Origin: Octopus sinensis
Taxonomy: Eukaryota
Reading direction: 5' to 3'
Length of the DNA stretch: 52,514 nucleotides
Assembly (NCBI RefSeq): GCF_006345805.1
Contig: NW_021833949.1
Span: 1-52,514 of the forward strand
This document shows, piece after piece, positions 23,043 to 34,111 of the stretch; positions within the stretch are counted from its first letter, which is position 1, and each line of letters opens with the position of its first letter. The notes beneath the pieces are model-generated. The model made no database searches, was not told the DNA's origin, and worked only from the letters and a program-made list of their open reading frames with translations. Both the position numbers and the translations under genes were made by a program.

Positions 23043-24400
23043 TTAGGATTGTTGCAGGCTTTTTTCAATCTCCACCAGTGTTGTTTTTAGGCGGGAACTT
23101 TCGCTACTTTTAGAATGTTGGTTGAGGCGATTTACAACCTTTGTCCGTCATCTCATGAGGATCTTCCTCTCCCTTACAATCTTATTCCTTTTTGTGTTGG
23201 CCTTGTGCTCTGGGACATATTTCTGGCATATGGTTTGCATTACAGACATGAAATATTCTAGTTTCATGCCAATGTCTGGTGTGGAGATACATTTCGGCCA
23301 GGTCTGTCTGAGGATCTCTTTTTGGATCGATTTCCCGTCTGCTTTGTGGAAGTTCAGATTGGAGAGATTTTGGGTGCCTCCTTTAGGCTGTATGTCTCCA
23401 TACATAGACAGCTCTATTATGTTGTGATCCGAGACTAATGTCGGCGTTACTTTCACATCATGAACGATGTCCATATTGTTTGTGAAGCAGAGATCCAAAA
23501 TGTTATTCGCCCTAGCTGGTCTGAGTATAACTTGCTCCATGAATAGGGCATTGGTGAGGTTGAGCAGAGGCTCCACCTGCGCTTGTTTGCAATGAGTCAT
23601 TCCTGAGAGTATGAGGCCTTCGTGCCATTTGACATTGGGGAAGTTGAAATCACCCATAAGAAATACGCTCACGTGGTGTTCCGGTTTCATGAGGATTTCT
23701 TTTATTCTTGTGAGGCAATCTTCAAACTTGCCTATGTGGTTTGGAGCATCCGGTGGGCGATTTGTATTGCATATGACTATATTATGTTGTCTTATGTATA
23801 CAATTAGAGATTCACATACAGAATTTGAGTATGACAGTAAGCCCTGGGGTGTGAGGTCATGACGGATGTATACAACAACTCCACCATGGCAAACTTTCCC
23901 TTCTGTCTGCTCGCAGTATTGTATATTTTGGTACGTGTATTTCTGCATCCTCTATATCAGGGCTTAGATGAGTTTCTACGAGTGCTATGTGTAGGGCTTG
24001 ATTGCATGCAGCTAGGTCTCTCAGGAAAAAGTTTTGCTTGTGTTGTTATGATGCAACAGGCCCTCAATATTTAATAAAAATATTGATGTGACGACAGTGC
24101 TGGCGTTAGGGGAGGCCATCTCGTGTTTGTTAATTGTGGTGGTTTTGTGCAATGGTGGGCAAGGTTCCTTGTTTGCGCTTGATGTAACCAGGTCAGCTGC
24201 TGTACAATCTTTTGCGGCATGCACAAAAAGGACTCTTGCTCAGCTGCTGCCTTGCGCATAACATCTGAAGAGCGCACTGCTTTTGCCTATTTTTTTCTTT
24301 GGAGGCGATTGGTGCCTTTCCTCTGGAAAGTATTTCTCCTTAAGACTCCTGTAGTTTTGGCGTCATCTTGGGTGAGCAAACCAGCAGTTTACACCACCTT
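23043..24400 (-). mobile_element. CR1-like LINE 5' part: ORF1 remnant and ORF2 AP endonuclease, frameshifted
   Basis: ORF 23148..23948 has GGV..Y, MGDFNFP, NILDL.FTN, SDHN. Upstream frames give SIFLLNIEGL and IALVETHL; ORF2 start near 24119; no RT domain present. Confidence 0.9.
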
Positions 24401-24596
24401 CCCCATACATACACACACACACACACACATACATATGCGACGAGCTTCTTCCAGTTTATGTCTATTAAATCCACTCGCAAGGCTTTGGTCGGCCAGGGGC
24501 TCTAGTAGAAGACACTTGCCCAAGGTGCTGCGCAGCGAGACTGAACTAAAGATGATGTGTTCGGGAAACAAGCTTCTCAACCACACAGCCACGCCA
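24400..24596 (-). mobile_element. SINE family A, 5' half
   Basis: Head and CORE-like segment. Confidence 0.8.
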
Positions 24597-24695
24597 TGAT
24601 CGCAATTTATTGACGACATAACTCGGACAAATGGTTAATGTCACTGTGAAATTTATTTTATGCTAATCAGAGGTTGTTTCTCCACCTTAAGTATA

Positions 24696-24915
24696 GGTTT
24701 CGAGCTGGCAGAATCGTTAGCACGCCGGGCGAAATGCTTAGCGGTATTTCGGCTGCCGTTACGTTCTGAGTTCAAATACCGCCGAGGTCGACTTTGCCTT
24801 TCATCCTTTCTGGGTCGATAAATTAAGTACCAGTTACGCACTGGGGTCGATATAATCGACTTAATCCCTTTGTCTGTCCTCTCTGTGTTTAGCCCTTTGT
24901 GGGTAGTAAAGAAAT
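24696..24915 (+). mobile_element. SINE family B with tail A
   Basis: Low-divergence head, core and tail A. Confidence 0.9.
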
Positions 24916-24922
24916 AGCTATT

Positions 24923-26395
24923 GTGACTCGTGAATAATTCTGTGGTGGTTTTTTTTTTTTTTTGCTTGTAGGTTAGTGTTGAAATTGTTGTTGCTGAATT
25001 CTTTCCTTGTGTTGTTATTAATAGCGCTCTGCGTGTTGCAGACGGTGTGAACTTTATTCCCCTCTGTGAGGGGGGGGGGATTCTCCATTTTTGTGGCGTT
25101 TTTCCACAAATTTTGTTAAATTTTGTTTAAAATGAATACTTCCTCTGCAGAGGAAAAAAACTGTGAAATGTTAAGTATGCAGACGGCAGGCAAACTTGTT
25201 GAACCGCCAAAAAAAAGATAAATTTTGCATCTGCGGCTGGAGGAAAAAAAGAAAAATTATGTGTAGATCGAAGTGTGCTAATGAAGCACCCAAACATGTT
25301 TTCGAAGGAGGGATACGACGAAATCATAGAGGAAACTGAAAAAAAAATTGTCGTATCTAAAACTCTGATAACAAAGGAAAAGAAACTCGACAAAGCACCT
25401 AAAGAAGAAATAGAAAAATGCCTATAACCGATCTGGAGGACATAGAATACCTGACCAGAGGGAAACGCTTTGCCACTGTAGTAGTTTATTTCAAGAGCGA
25501 AGAGAAGGCTGAAACACACTCAGTGCAACCTTTGAGAACCATAGACATTGTGTTGCTACCAACATACTTAGGCAGGTGCCACATCAAAGATCACAACAGA
25601 AGAGATCCCGCCAGGAATCAACTGGTCAAACTGTTCCAACGTACATTCGGGCCGAAGACACTGGATAACTTCCAGAAGTGTTTGGCATGGCAATGTTACC
25701 GAGGAGCCTTACCTGTCCGGGACAAGCTCGCGAGGCATGGGGGCCCTGGCCCACCGACCTGTCCAAGATGTGGTCGGGATAGTTTCCCTGTCCCGCACGC
25801 TTTTGTTCAGTGTTCGGAGGTGTCAGATGTGTGGGTTAATGCCGAACAACTGTTGCCAAGTACAGAAAGAGTACAGCTATCGACTGAGTCGGTAGTAAAA
25901 ATTGACCCACAGGATTTTCTTTCGAAAGAAGATAAGAATTGCTTTCTCATCGTAGTAGCAATTGCGAGAAAGGTGATTTGGAAGACGCGAGTGAAAGAGT
26001 TAATAACAAGCATTTTTATCTCTGGCCCTAGCTTGGTGAATTTCTTCACCTTCAACATAAGAAGGAAAATGGGTTAGAGAGAAAATTCCTGTCCGCGAAA
26101 ATGTTTCAAGATCGATGGAAGAATGTCGCACGAATGTTGCGTATGGGTATAACTGCATGAATACAACGCAGGATAAACCTAAAGGATCAGTGGTGAGGCG
26201 GGGATCGTGGGGTCCGAGCATATCCCGCCTCACCACTCCATTCTGTGATGTTGTCTTGTACATATTATCATCCGAACTATTTATATTTAGGTAAATTTTT
26301 AAAATTAATCTTTGTGTTAATTCATACGTTAAATCTGACCCCATAATAGATTGTACTGTCCCCTCTGTGTTGTCCACTTGTGGGAAATAAAAAAT
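24923..26395 (+). mobile_element. Internally deleted Tx1/L1-like LINE
   Basis: 5' UTR, frameshifted ORF1-like start at 25132, junction near 25620, ORF2 C-terminal zinc-finger-like region (W.CYRGALPV..KL.RHG..PTCPRC..H.FVQC), 3' UTR. Confidence 0.75.
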
Positions 26396-26397
26396 TT

Positions 26398-26940
26398 GCA
26401 AAATGGTTACCGGTATTTTGTCTGTCTTTATGTTCTGAGTTCAAATTCCGCCGAGGTCGACTTTGCTTTTCATCCTTTCGGGGTCGATTAAATAGGTACC
26501 AGTTACGCACTGGGGTCGTTGATATAATCAACTTAATCCATTTGTCTGTCCTTGTTTGTCTCCTCTCTGTTTAGCCCCTTGTGGGTAGTAAAGAAATAGG
26601 TATTTCGTCTGCCGCTACGTTCTGAGTTCAAATTCCGCCGAGGTCGACTTTGCTTTTCATCCTTTCGGGGTCGATTAAATAAGTACCAGTTACGCAATAG
26701 AGGTCGATATAATCGACTTAATCCGTTTGTTTGTCCTCTCTGTGTTTAGCCCCTTGTGGGTAGTAAAGAAATAGGTGTTTCATCCGTCTTCCAATTCTGA
26801 GTCCAAATTCTGCCGAGGTCGACTTTGCTTTCATCCTTTCGGGGTCGATAAATTAAGTATCAGTGAAACACTAAGTCGATGTCATGGACTAGTCAACTCA
26901 CCTCAAATTTCAGGCCACGTGTCTTTAGTAGAAACGATTA
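26398..26940 (+). mobile_element. SINE family B trimer (tail A, tail A, tail B)
   Basis: Junctions AAAGAAATA|GGT at 26599 and 26774. Confidence 0.9.
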
Positions 26941-27113
26941 ATTGGTTTTTCTTTTTAGATAAATTTTTTTAAATTTCAGTTTTTTTGGTATTCTTGTAGT
27001 CTTTATTCTAAAATAAGACTTAACGTTAGGTTCTTCGCGAAACAATCATTTGCAGGATTATTGTATAGGAATCCGATAATTAATTCCAACTTGCCAAGTA
27101 TTTCCAATTTTCA

Positions 27114-27146
27114 CCGCCATATTAGAATGACGTCACAATCACGTAA
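27114..27146. promoter_or_regulatory. Promoter-like motif cluster: YY1, CRE, TCACGT
   Basis: CCGCCATATT 27114-27123, TGACGTCA 27128-27135, TCACGTAA 27139-27146 in unique sequence. Confidence 0.45.
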
Positions 27147-27940
27147 CATGTCTGCAGATACTTCAATAGAAAGAATTTTAACAGAGAACCCCCCAACCGA
27201 ATCATATCAACTATTATAATTTTTTTTTTTAATTGCCAAGTCCACAGGCACCTACGTGTATAATCTTAAAAATCGTTTACTCAAAATATGAATAGGAATA
27301 TATTTTACGAAAGAAAAACAAAGAAAAATGACGGGAGAAAGAAGGAAAAAAGCAAATGTTTTTATTGGTTTTGGGCTCATTCTATTAAGTATATTATTAC
27401 CAGCAAGTTCGCTTGCTATGTTTCACAGGGGAAACATTTCTAGAACTGATTTTCTTCTGGCTGATCTGTACGTGGCAAATAAAGAGATACCCAGAAAAAT
27501 TCTGTAATGCATAGATCTAAGCATGTGGTGTTTCAAAAGTATCGGGTAGAGTGAAATGTCACCTTTCAGTAAGAAGTAAATTAATATCCAAATGCTGAGG
27601 TTATGTATTGCGGTGTCCCTTCATTTCCTACATTTGATACAGCTCAATACTGTAGCTTTTGTTTTTGTTCTGTTTTTAATAATCTGTTACTCTTTACAAG
27701 TTGCCCTCTTTTTACTTACCTGTTGTTTTCTTTTTCACTCATCTTGTTTTATGCCGCTTATTTTTTATCATCTACTCACCTTTAGTTTTGTTTTTACTGT
27801 AATCTTCTTAGATCGTTTTTATTTCTTCATCTTTGTATTTTGTGAGCAAGACTTCCGTCCCCCCACCCCAACACCCACCCTTTAAGAAAATTTTGTTTTT
27901 TTTCTTTTTCGACACAAACCCCACTTTTCGGTTACGGCGA

Positions 27941-28230
27941 ATGGATGGAAGCACTCCGTCGGTTACGACGACGAGGGTTCCGGTTGATCCGAATCAACGG
28001 AACAGCCTGCTAATGAAATTAACGTGTAAGTGGCTGAGCACTCCACAGACACGTGTACCCTTAACGTAGTTCTCGGGGATATTCAGCGTGACACAGAGAG
28101 TGACAAGGCCGGCCCTTTGAAATACAGGTACAACAGAAACAGGAAGTAAGAGTGAGAGAAAGTTGTGGTGAAAGAATACAGCAGGGATCACCACCATCCC
28201 CTGCCGGAGCCTCGTGGAGCTTTAGGGGTT
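27941..28230 (-). mobile_element. SINE family C, headless, long tail
   Basis: GCTCCACGAGGCTCCGGC segment and GAACTACGTTAAGGGTACACG tail. Confidence 0.85.
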
Positions 28231-28231
28231 T

Positions 28232-28556
28232 GGCAAAAATTGACGTTTCTAAATTACTCCCCCCCCCCTCCACCCCCATTTCCTTCATTTTTAACTTTTT
28301 TCACCATTTTTTTTTTTTTTTTTTCAAAATATGCAGGAAAATACGGAGATTAGGATTCTGAAATATTTTCAAAAAATCTTAGCAAATTTTTTTTTTAAGA
28401 TTTTTTTTCTTCTAAAAATGCAGGGAAATACGGACATCATGATCCGGATAAAAATTTCAAAACATTTCTGTACTTACGGTTACGGTTTTAGGGTTAGGGT
28501 TAGTGTTGGGGGAAAAGTCAAAATTGAACTGTTCCCTGACAAAATTCCGAGCTGCA
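28232..28556. mobile_element. Unclassified MITE-like repeat
   Basis: Internal AAAATATGCAGGAAAATACGGAG motifs resemble those in 39195-39605. Confidence 0.4.
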
Positions 28557-28557
28557 C

Positions 28558-28722
28558 GGAATTTTGTGATGAAAGAGTACAGCAGGGTTCACCACCACCC
28601 CTTGCTGGAGCTCTAAGTGTTTTCACTCAATAAACACTCACAATGCCTGGCCTGGAAATCGAGACCGCGATCCTACGACCACGAGGCCGCTGCCCTAATC
28701 ACTGGGCCATTGCGCCTCCACA
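28558..28722 (-). mobile_element. SINE family C, 5' part
   Basis: Head GGAGGCGCAATGGCCCAGTG. Confidence 0.8.
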
Positions 28723-28724
28723 AA

Positions 28725-29052
28725 GGAGCATTCCGTTGGTTATAACGACAAGGGTCCCATCTGATAAGATCAACAGAACAGCTTGCTCATGAAATTAACA
28801 TGCAAGTGGCTGAGCAATCCACAGACACGCGTACCCCTAACGAAGTTCTTAGGGAGATTCAGCGTGACACAGAATGTGACAAGGCTGGCCCTTTTGAAAT
28901 ACAAGGGCTACTCAGTTTTGTCAGCTGATTGGACTGGAGCAATGTGAAGTAAAAAGTGTTTTGCTCAAGGACACAATGCATCACCAGGAGTTGAACTCAC
29001 AACTTTGCAATAATGAACCGAATGCCCTAACCACTAAGCCACATGCCTTCAC
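28725..29052 (-). mobile_element. Chimeric SINE: family D head with the family C long tail
   Basis: 28895-29052 aligns to 17513-17660; 28725-28895 aligns to 27950-28125. Confidence 0.75.
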
Positions 29053-29188
29053 ATATGTATGAATGTATACATATTTATGTATGTGTATATATATATATAT
29101 ATGTGTGCATATATATGTATATGCATAAATATATATATATGCATACTTATACATAAATATGCATACATGCATACTTATATATACATAA

Positions 29189-29229
<41 letters not shown>

Positions 29230-29248
29230 TACTTATATATGCATGCAT

Positions 29249-29406
29249 AAATCACACAGTAATTTCCTTTTGTTCTACGGTCATTTTCATAGCCGCTTTT
29301 CCGATGGCTGGATAACTGAAGCGATGGTGGCATGGATTTCCACCCCGGCATCCGAAACTCAGAGTTTAATCATGGCTACGGAATAACTGTCACATACTAC
29401 ATTTAC
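29249..29406 (+). mobile_element. Repeat with degenerate type I hammerhead between (TA)n tracts
   Basis: GATAA-CTGAAGC-GATG..CATC-C-GAAACTCAGAGTT-TAATC; A9 changed to C. Confidence 0.6.
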
Positions 29407-29494
29407 AGATATATATATATACATATATATATATATACATACATACATACACACATACATATATATACACACATACATACACACACACACACAC

Positions 29495-29556
<62 letters not shown>

Positions 29557-29780
29557 TACATACATATATATATATATATACAGATATATATATACAGATA
29601 TCTATATATATATATATATATACAGATATATATATATATATATATATATACAGATATATATATATATATTATATAATATATATATTATATATATTATCTA
29701 TATATATATATATCAGATATATATATATATATATATATATAGACAGATATATATATATATATCTATATATATATATATAG

Positions 29781-29817
<37 letters not shown>

Positions 29818-29891
29818 ATACATATATATACAGATATATATATATAGATATATATATTATATATATATACAGATATATATATATCTATATA

Positions 29892-29925
<34 letters not shown>

Positions 29926-30033
29926 CAGATATATATATATATATATATTCTATATATATATATATACAGATATATATATAATATATATCTATATATATAT
30001 ATATATATATATATACTAGATATATATATATAC

Positions 30034-30074
<41 letters not shown>

Positions 30075-30118
30075 TATATATATATATCTATATATATATA
30101 TATAATATATATATATAT

Positions 30119-30156
<38 letters not shown>

Positions 30157-30190
30157 ATATACAGATATATATATATATATATATATACAG

Positions 30191-30221
<31 letters not shown>

Positions 30222-30254
30222 TATCTATATATATATATATATATCTATATACAG

Positions 30255-30305
<51 letters not shown>

Positions 30306-30343
30306 CTATATACAGATATATATATCTATATATATATATATAG

Positions 30344-30374
<31 letters not shown>

Positions 30375-30408
30375 TTATATATATTATATCTATATATATA
30401 TATATATA
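29407..30408. repeat. About 1-kb (TA)n tract with CAG/GA interruptions
   Basis: Directly visible. Confidence 0.95.
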
Positions 30409-30587
30409 GGTGCAGGAGTGGCTGTGTGGTAAGTAGCTTGCTTACCAACCACATGGTTCCGGGTTCATTCCCACTGCGTGGCATCTTGGGCAAGTGTCTT
30501 CTGCTATAGCCTCGGGCCGACCAATGCCTTGTGAGTAGATTTGGTAGACGGTAACTGAAAGAAGCATGTCGTGTATATGTATATATA

Positions 30588-30635
<48 letters not shown>

Positions 30636-30873
30636 ATTATATATGTATATGTGTGTGTATATGTTTGTGTGTCTGTGTTTGTCCCCCTAGCATTGCGTGA
30701 CAACTGATGCTGAAGTGTTTACGTCCCTGTCACTTAGCGGTTCGGCAAAAGAGACCGATAGAATAAGTACTGGGCTTACAAAGAATAAGTCCCGGGGTCG
30801 ATTTGCTCAACTAAAGGTGGTGCTCCAGCATGGCCGCAGTCAAATGACTGAAACAAGTAAAAGAGTAAAAGTG
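30409..30873 (+). mobile_element. SINE family A, full-length reference copy
   Basis: tRNA-like head, CORE-like CTTGGGCAAGT, internal (TA)n, tail ending (AAGAGTAA)n; (TA)n on both sides. Confidence 0.95.
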
Positions 30874-30923
30874 ATATATAGATAGATAGGTAGATAGATA
30901 TATATACATACATATATATATAT

Positions 30924-30981
<58 letters not shown>

Positions 30982-31592
30982 GTAAGTGTGTGTGTGTATG
31001 CATGCACACACACCCTGTCACTTCTGATAGCTTCAGTTAACAATTCCATTGTAGTCATTGAAATTTTATCTATTCTTTGCATTCTGCCATATTTTAAATT
31101 TCCTCCAATAATCACAGGTCTTCATTGACTCCATTGTTTTCTGCTAATGCTCAGACTGGAAACTCGTAAAGCCTGTATAATATGCACATTACGAAACCTA
31201 AAAACAACCAATGCAAAACTCTGTCTAATGGCGAGGAAAGATTAAAAGAATGTTCTGAAAGTCTCAACAAAAAAAACTAATACCATTTCATTATAAGTTA
31301 AAAACACATAAATATTTATAACCGTATGGGTGCACATAAACTTATATTATGGATACAACTTAGTTTCATGCAATGTCACCTCTTGATTGATAGAGATATG
31401 GTTTTTGCTAAAGACTCACACACTTTTGCACAGATGTTGCAATGATGGGCACCTCTTGCAGTAGGTGTTCAGACAGCTGACATATTAACACATGCTTTCA
31501 TTCCATTACAGAAATTTTCTTCAGGTGGTTCACTTTTTTTTGTTTACAGCTTATTATAATTATGCAGCACATAACAAATATATCAATAGTAA

Positions 31593-32013
31593 TCATGATC
31601 ATCATTTAGCATCCGCTTTCCATGCTAGCATGGGTTGGACGGTTCAACTGGGGTCTGGGAAGCCAGAAGGCTGCACCAGGCCCAGTCTGATCTGGCAATG
31701 TTTCTATGGCTGGATGCCCTTCCTAACGCCAACCACTCCATGAGTGTAGTGGGTGCTTTTTACGTGCCACCGGCACAGGTGCCAGACGGGGCTGGCAAAC
31801 GGCCACGGACGGATGATGCTTTTTACGTGCCACCGGCACGGGAGCCAGGCGAGGCTGGCAACAGCGACGATCAGATGGTGCTTTTTACGTGCCACCGGGA
31901 TGGAGGCTAGTCAGGGCAACGCTGGCAACGGCCACGATCGGATGATTCGCTTACGTGCCACCAGCACTGGTATCACAGCTACAATTTCCATTGATGTTGA
32001 TCGACTTCGATTT
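31593..32013 (-). mobile_element. SINE-like family E with internal GC-rich minisatellite
   Basis: GGTTGGCGTTAGGAAGGGCATCCAGCC module, (GAT)n end, about 4 TTTTACGTGCCACCGG units. Confidence 0.8.
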
Positions 32014-32486
32014 TGACATACATACAAGTGTGTGTGTGTATAGAATAAGCAGTGCCTGTGCCTGAAGCTTTTTAAAGAGAAGGAAGCCTTTGCATAGGGC
32101 CAATCTCACTCTCTAAACAACGTATGCATCTGTCCAAAAGGAAGAACTACAGGCTACAGCATTGAGTGGAAATGAAGTCACGTGTGTTACATCCGAGTTT
32201 GCATTTCCCTAGAAAGAAGACTGGGGAGTTCTCGCTTCCAACTGTTGGATGGCTGATGATGACTCTACAAAGTTTACCTGCCTTTTGATAAATCTTGTTT
32301 TTACTCTACAGATTATCCAACGAAAATCCCCTTCCTCACCAAGTAACCTTGACAATGTGGCTGATTTAGTTGTCAAGAGCCTGACCATATAACAGCTTGT
32401 ACTGGGCTACATGTTATCTGTAGCAAAGTGTGAGCCAACTTACACACACACACACACATGTATGTAGATATATGTATATATGCATA

Positions 32487-33297
32487 TACTCTTTTACTCT
32501 TTTACTTGTTTCAGTCATTTGACTGCGGCCATGCTGGAGTACCGCCTTTAGTCGAGCAAATCGACCCCGGGACTTATTCTTTGTAAGCCCAGTACTTATT
32601 CTATCGGTCTCTTTTGCCGAACTGCTAAGTGACGGGGATGTAAACACACCAGCATCGGTTGTCAAGCAATGCTAGGGGGACAAACACAGACTCACAGACA
32701 TACACATACATATATATATATATATACATATATACGACAGGCTTCTTTCAGTTTCCGTCTACCAAATCCACTCACAAGGCATTGGTCGGCCCGGGGCTAT
32801 AGCAGAAGACACTTGCCCAAGATGCCACGCAGTGGGACTGAACCCGGAACCATGTGGTTGGTTAGCAAGCTACTTACCACACAGCCACTCCTGCGCCTAT
32901 ATGCATATACTCTTTTACTCTTTTACTTGTTTCAGTCGTTTGACAGTGGTCATACTGGAGCACCACCTTTTTAGTCGAGCAAATCAACCCCAGGACTTAT
33001 TCTTTGTAAGCCTAGTACTTATTCTATCGGTCTCTTTCGCCGAACCGCTAAGTTACGGGGACGTAAACACACCAGTATCGGTTGTGAAGCGATGGTGCCA
33101 GGACAAACACAGACACACAAACATATACACACATACATATATACATATATACGATGTGTTTCATTCTTACCAAATCCACTCACAAGGCTTTGGTCAGCCT
33201 GGGGCTATAGTAGAAGACACTTGCCCAAGGTGCCACGCAGTGGAACTGAACCCGGAACCATGTGGTTGGTAAGCAAGCTACTTACCACACATCCACT
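32487..33297 (-). mobile_element. Two tandem full-length family A SINEs
   Basis: 32487-32897 flanked by TATATGCATA at 32477-32486 and 32898-32907; second copy 32908-33297. Confidence 0.9.
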
Positions 33298-33880
33298 CAT
33301 CTTTTGTGTTTTACATGTTTCGATTATTAAACTGGAGCCATGCTGTGGCACTGCCTTGAGGAATTTTAGCTGAACGAATTGACCCTAGAACTTACTTTTT
33401 TTTAAAGCCTAGTACACCAATAAATGCAAGTAAAAAACATATCCAAAATAATTCCTCATCAGAAAACTCAGAGTACCAAACAACAAAACTACAGATAGAA
33501 GAAATTACATCTTTAATTGCTGAATTCATAATACAAAGCAGATATATCATCATATTTAGATACAGAAAATATCATTCAAATTAATATATCTAAAAATACA
33601 TGTTAACACAATCTTTTCAAGGTGATCCAAAATTAGTTAAATTTAAAGTGAACTAAGAAAATATCTCCAGTACCCAAGAGCATACAAAGAGAGTTTTAAG
33701 AAGAAATATAATCTAAGTTAAGTTATTTTTTTTTATTCAACTCTTGGTGATGTCAGTGGATAATGAAAGAATATAAAATAAACATATGAATTCTATGTTA
33801 CCACAATTATTTATCTATTTATTAAATAAACTAATCTGTTTTAGAAAAATTATGCTTATTATACAATATATGAAAAGCAA

Positions 33881-34111
33881 TTATAAGTAAGAATTGAAAT
33901 ATTTAAATGCCTTCCAAAATTTGTGACAACATTTCATTGTAAAATTACCATTAAAATTTAATAGTATTAATATATAAGTAATTATACAACATATTTCTTC
34001 AAGGCAAAGCTCACATGTAGAATTGCTGTTATTATACGATGGTGAGTAACTAAAAATAGACCGATTTGAATCATACTTAATGTTCCTATTATTTTCAAAT
34101 CTCAAATGCAT
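33881..34111 (-). pseudogene. Possible Penelope-like GIY-YIG C-terminal relic
   Basis: SPSYNNSNSTCELCLEEICCII...LLN...KCCHK resembles the recalled PY....C.LC..EK..I...LLN.R.E...KCRH pattern. Confidence 0.5.

Noticed and set aside
23148-23948. 266-aa ORF as a host AP endonuclease
   Set aside because: LINE-type domain with a frameshifted N-terminus and an in-frame stop after it.
25418-26077. 219-aa ORF as a functional gene
   Set aside because: Chimera of LINE ORF1 and ORF2 pieces, with frameshifts on both sides.
28488-28504. TTAGGG telomeric repeats
   Set aside because: Only 2-3 units inside a MITE-like repeat.
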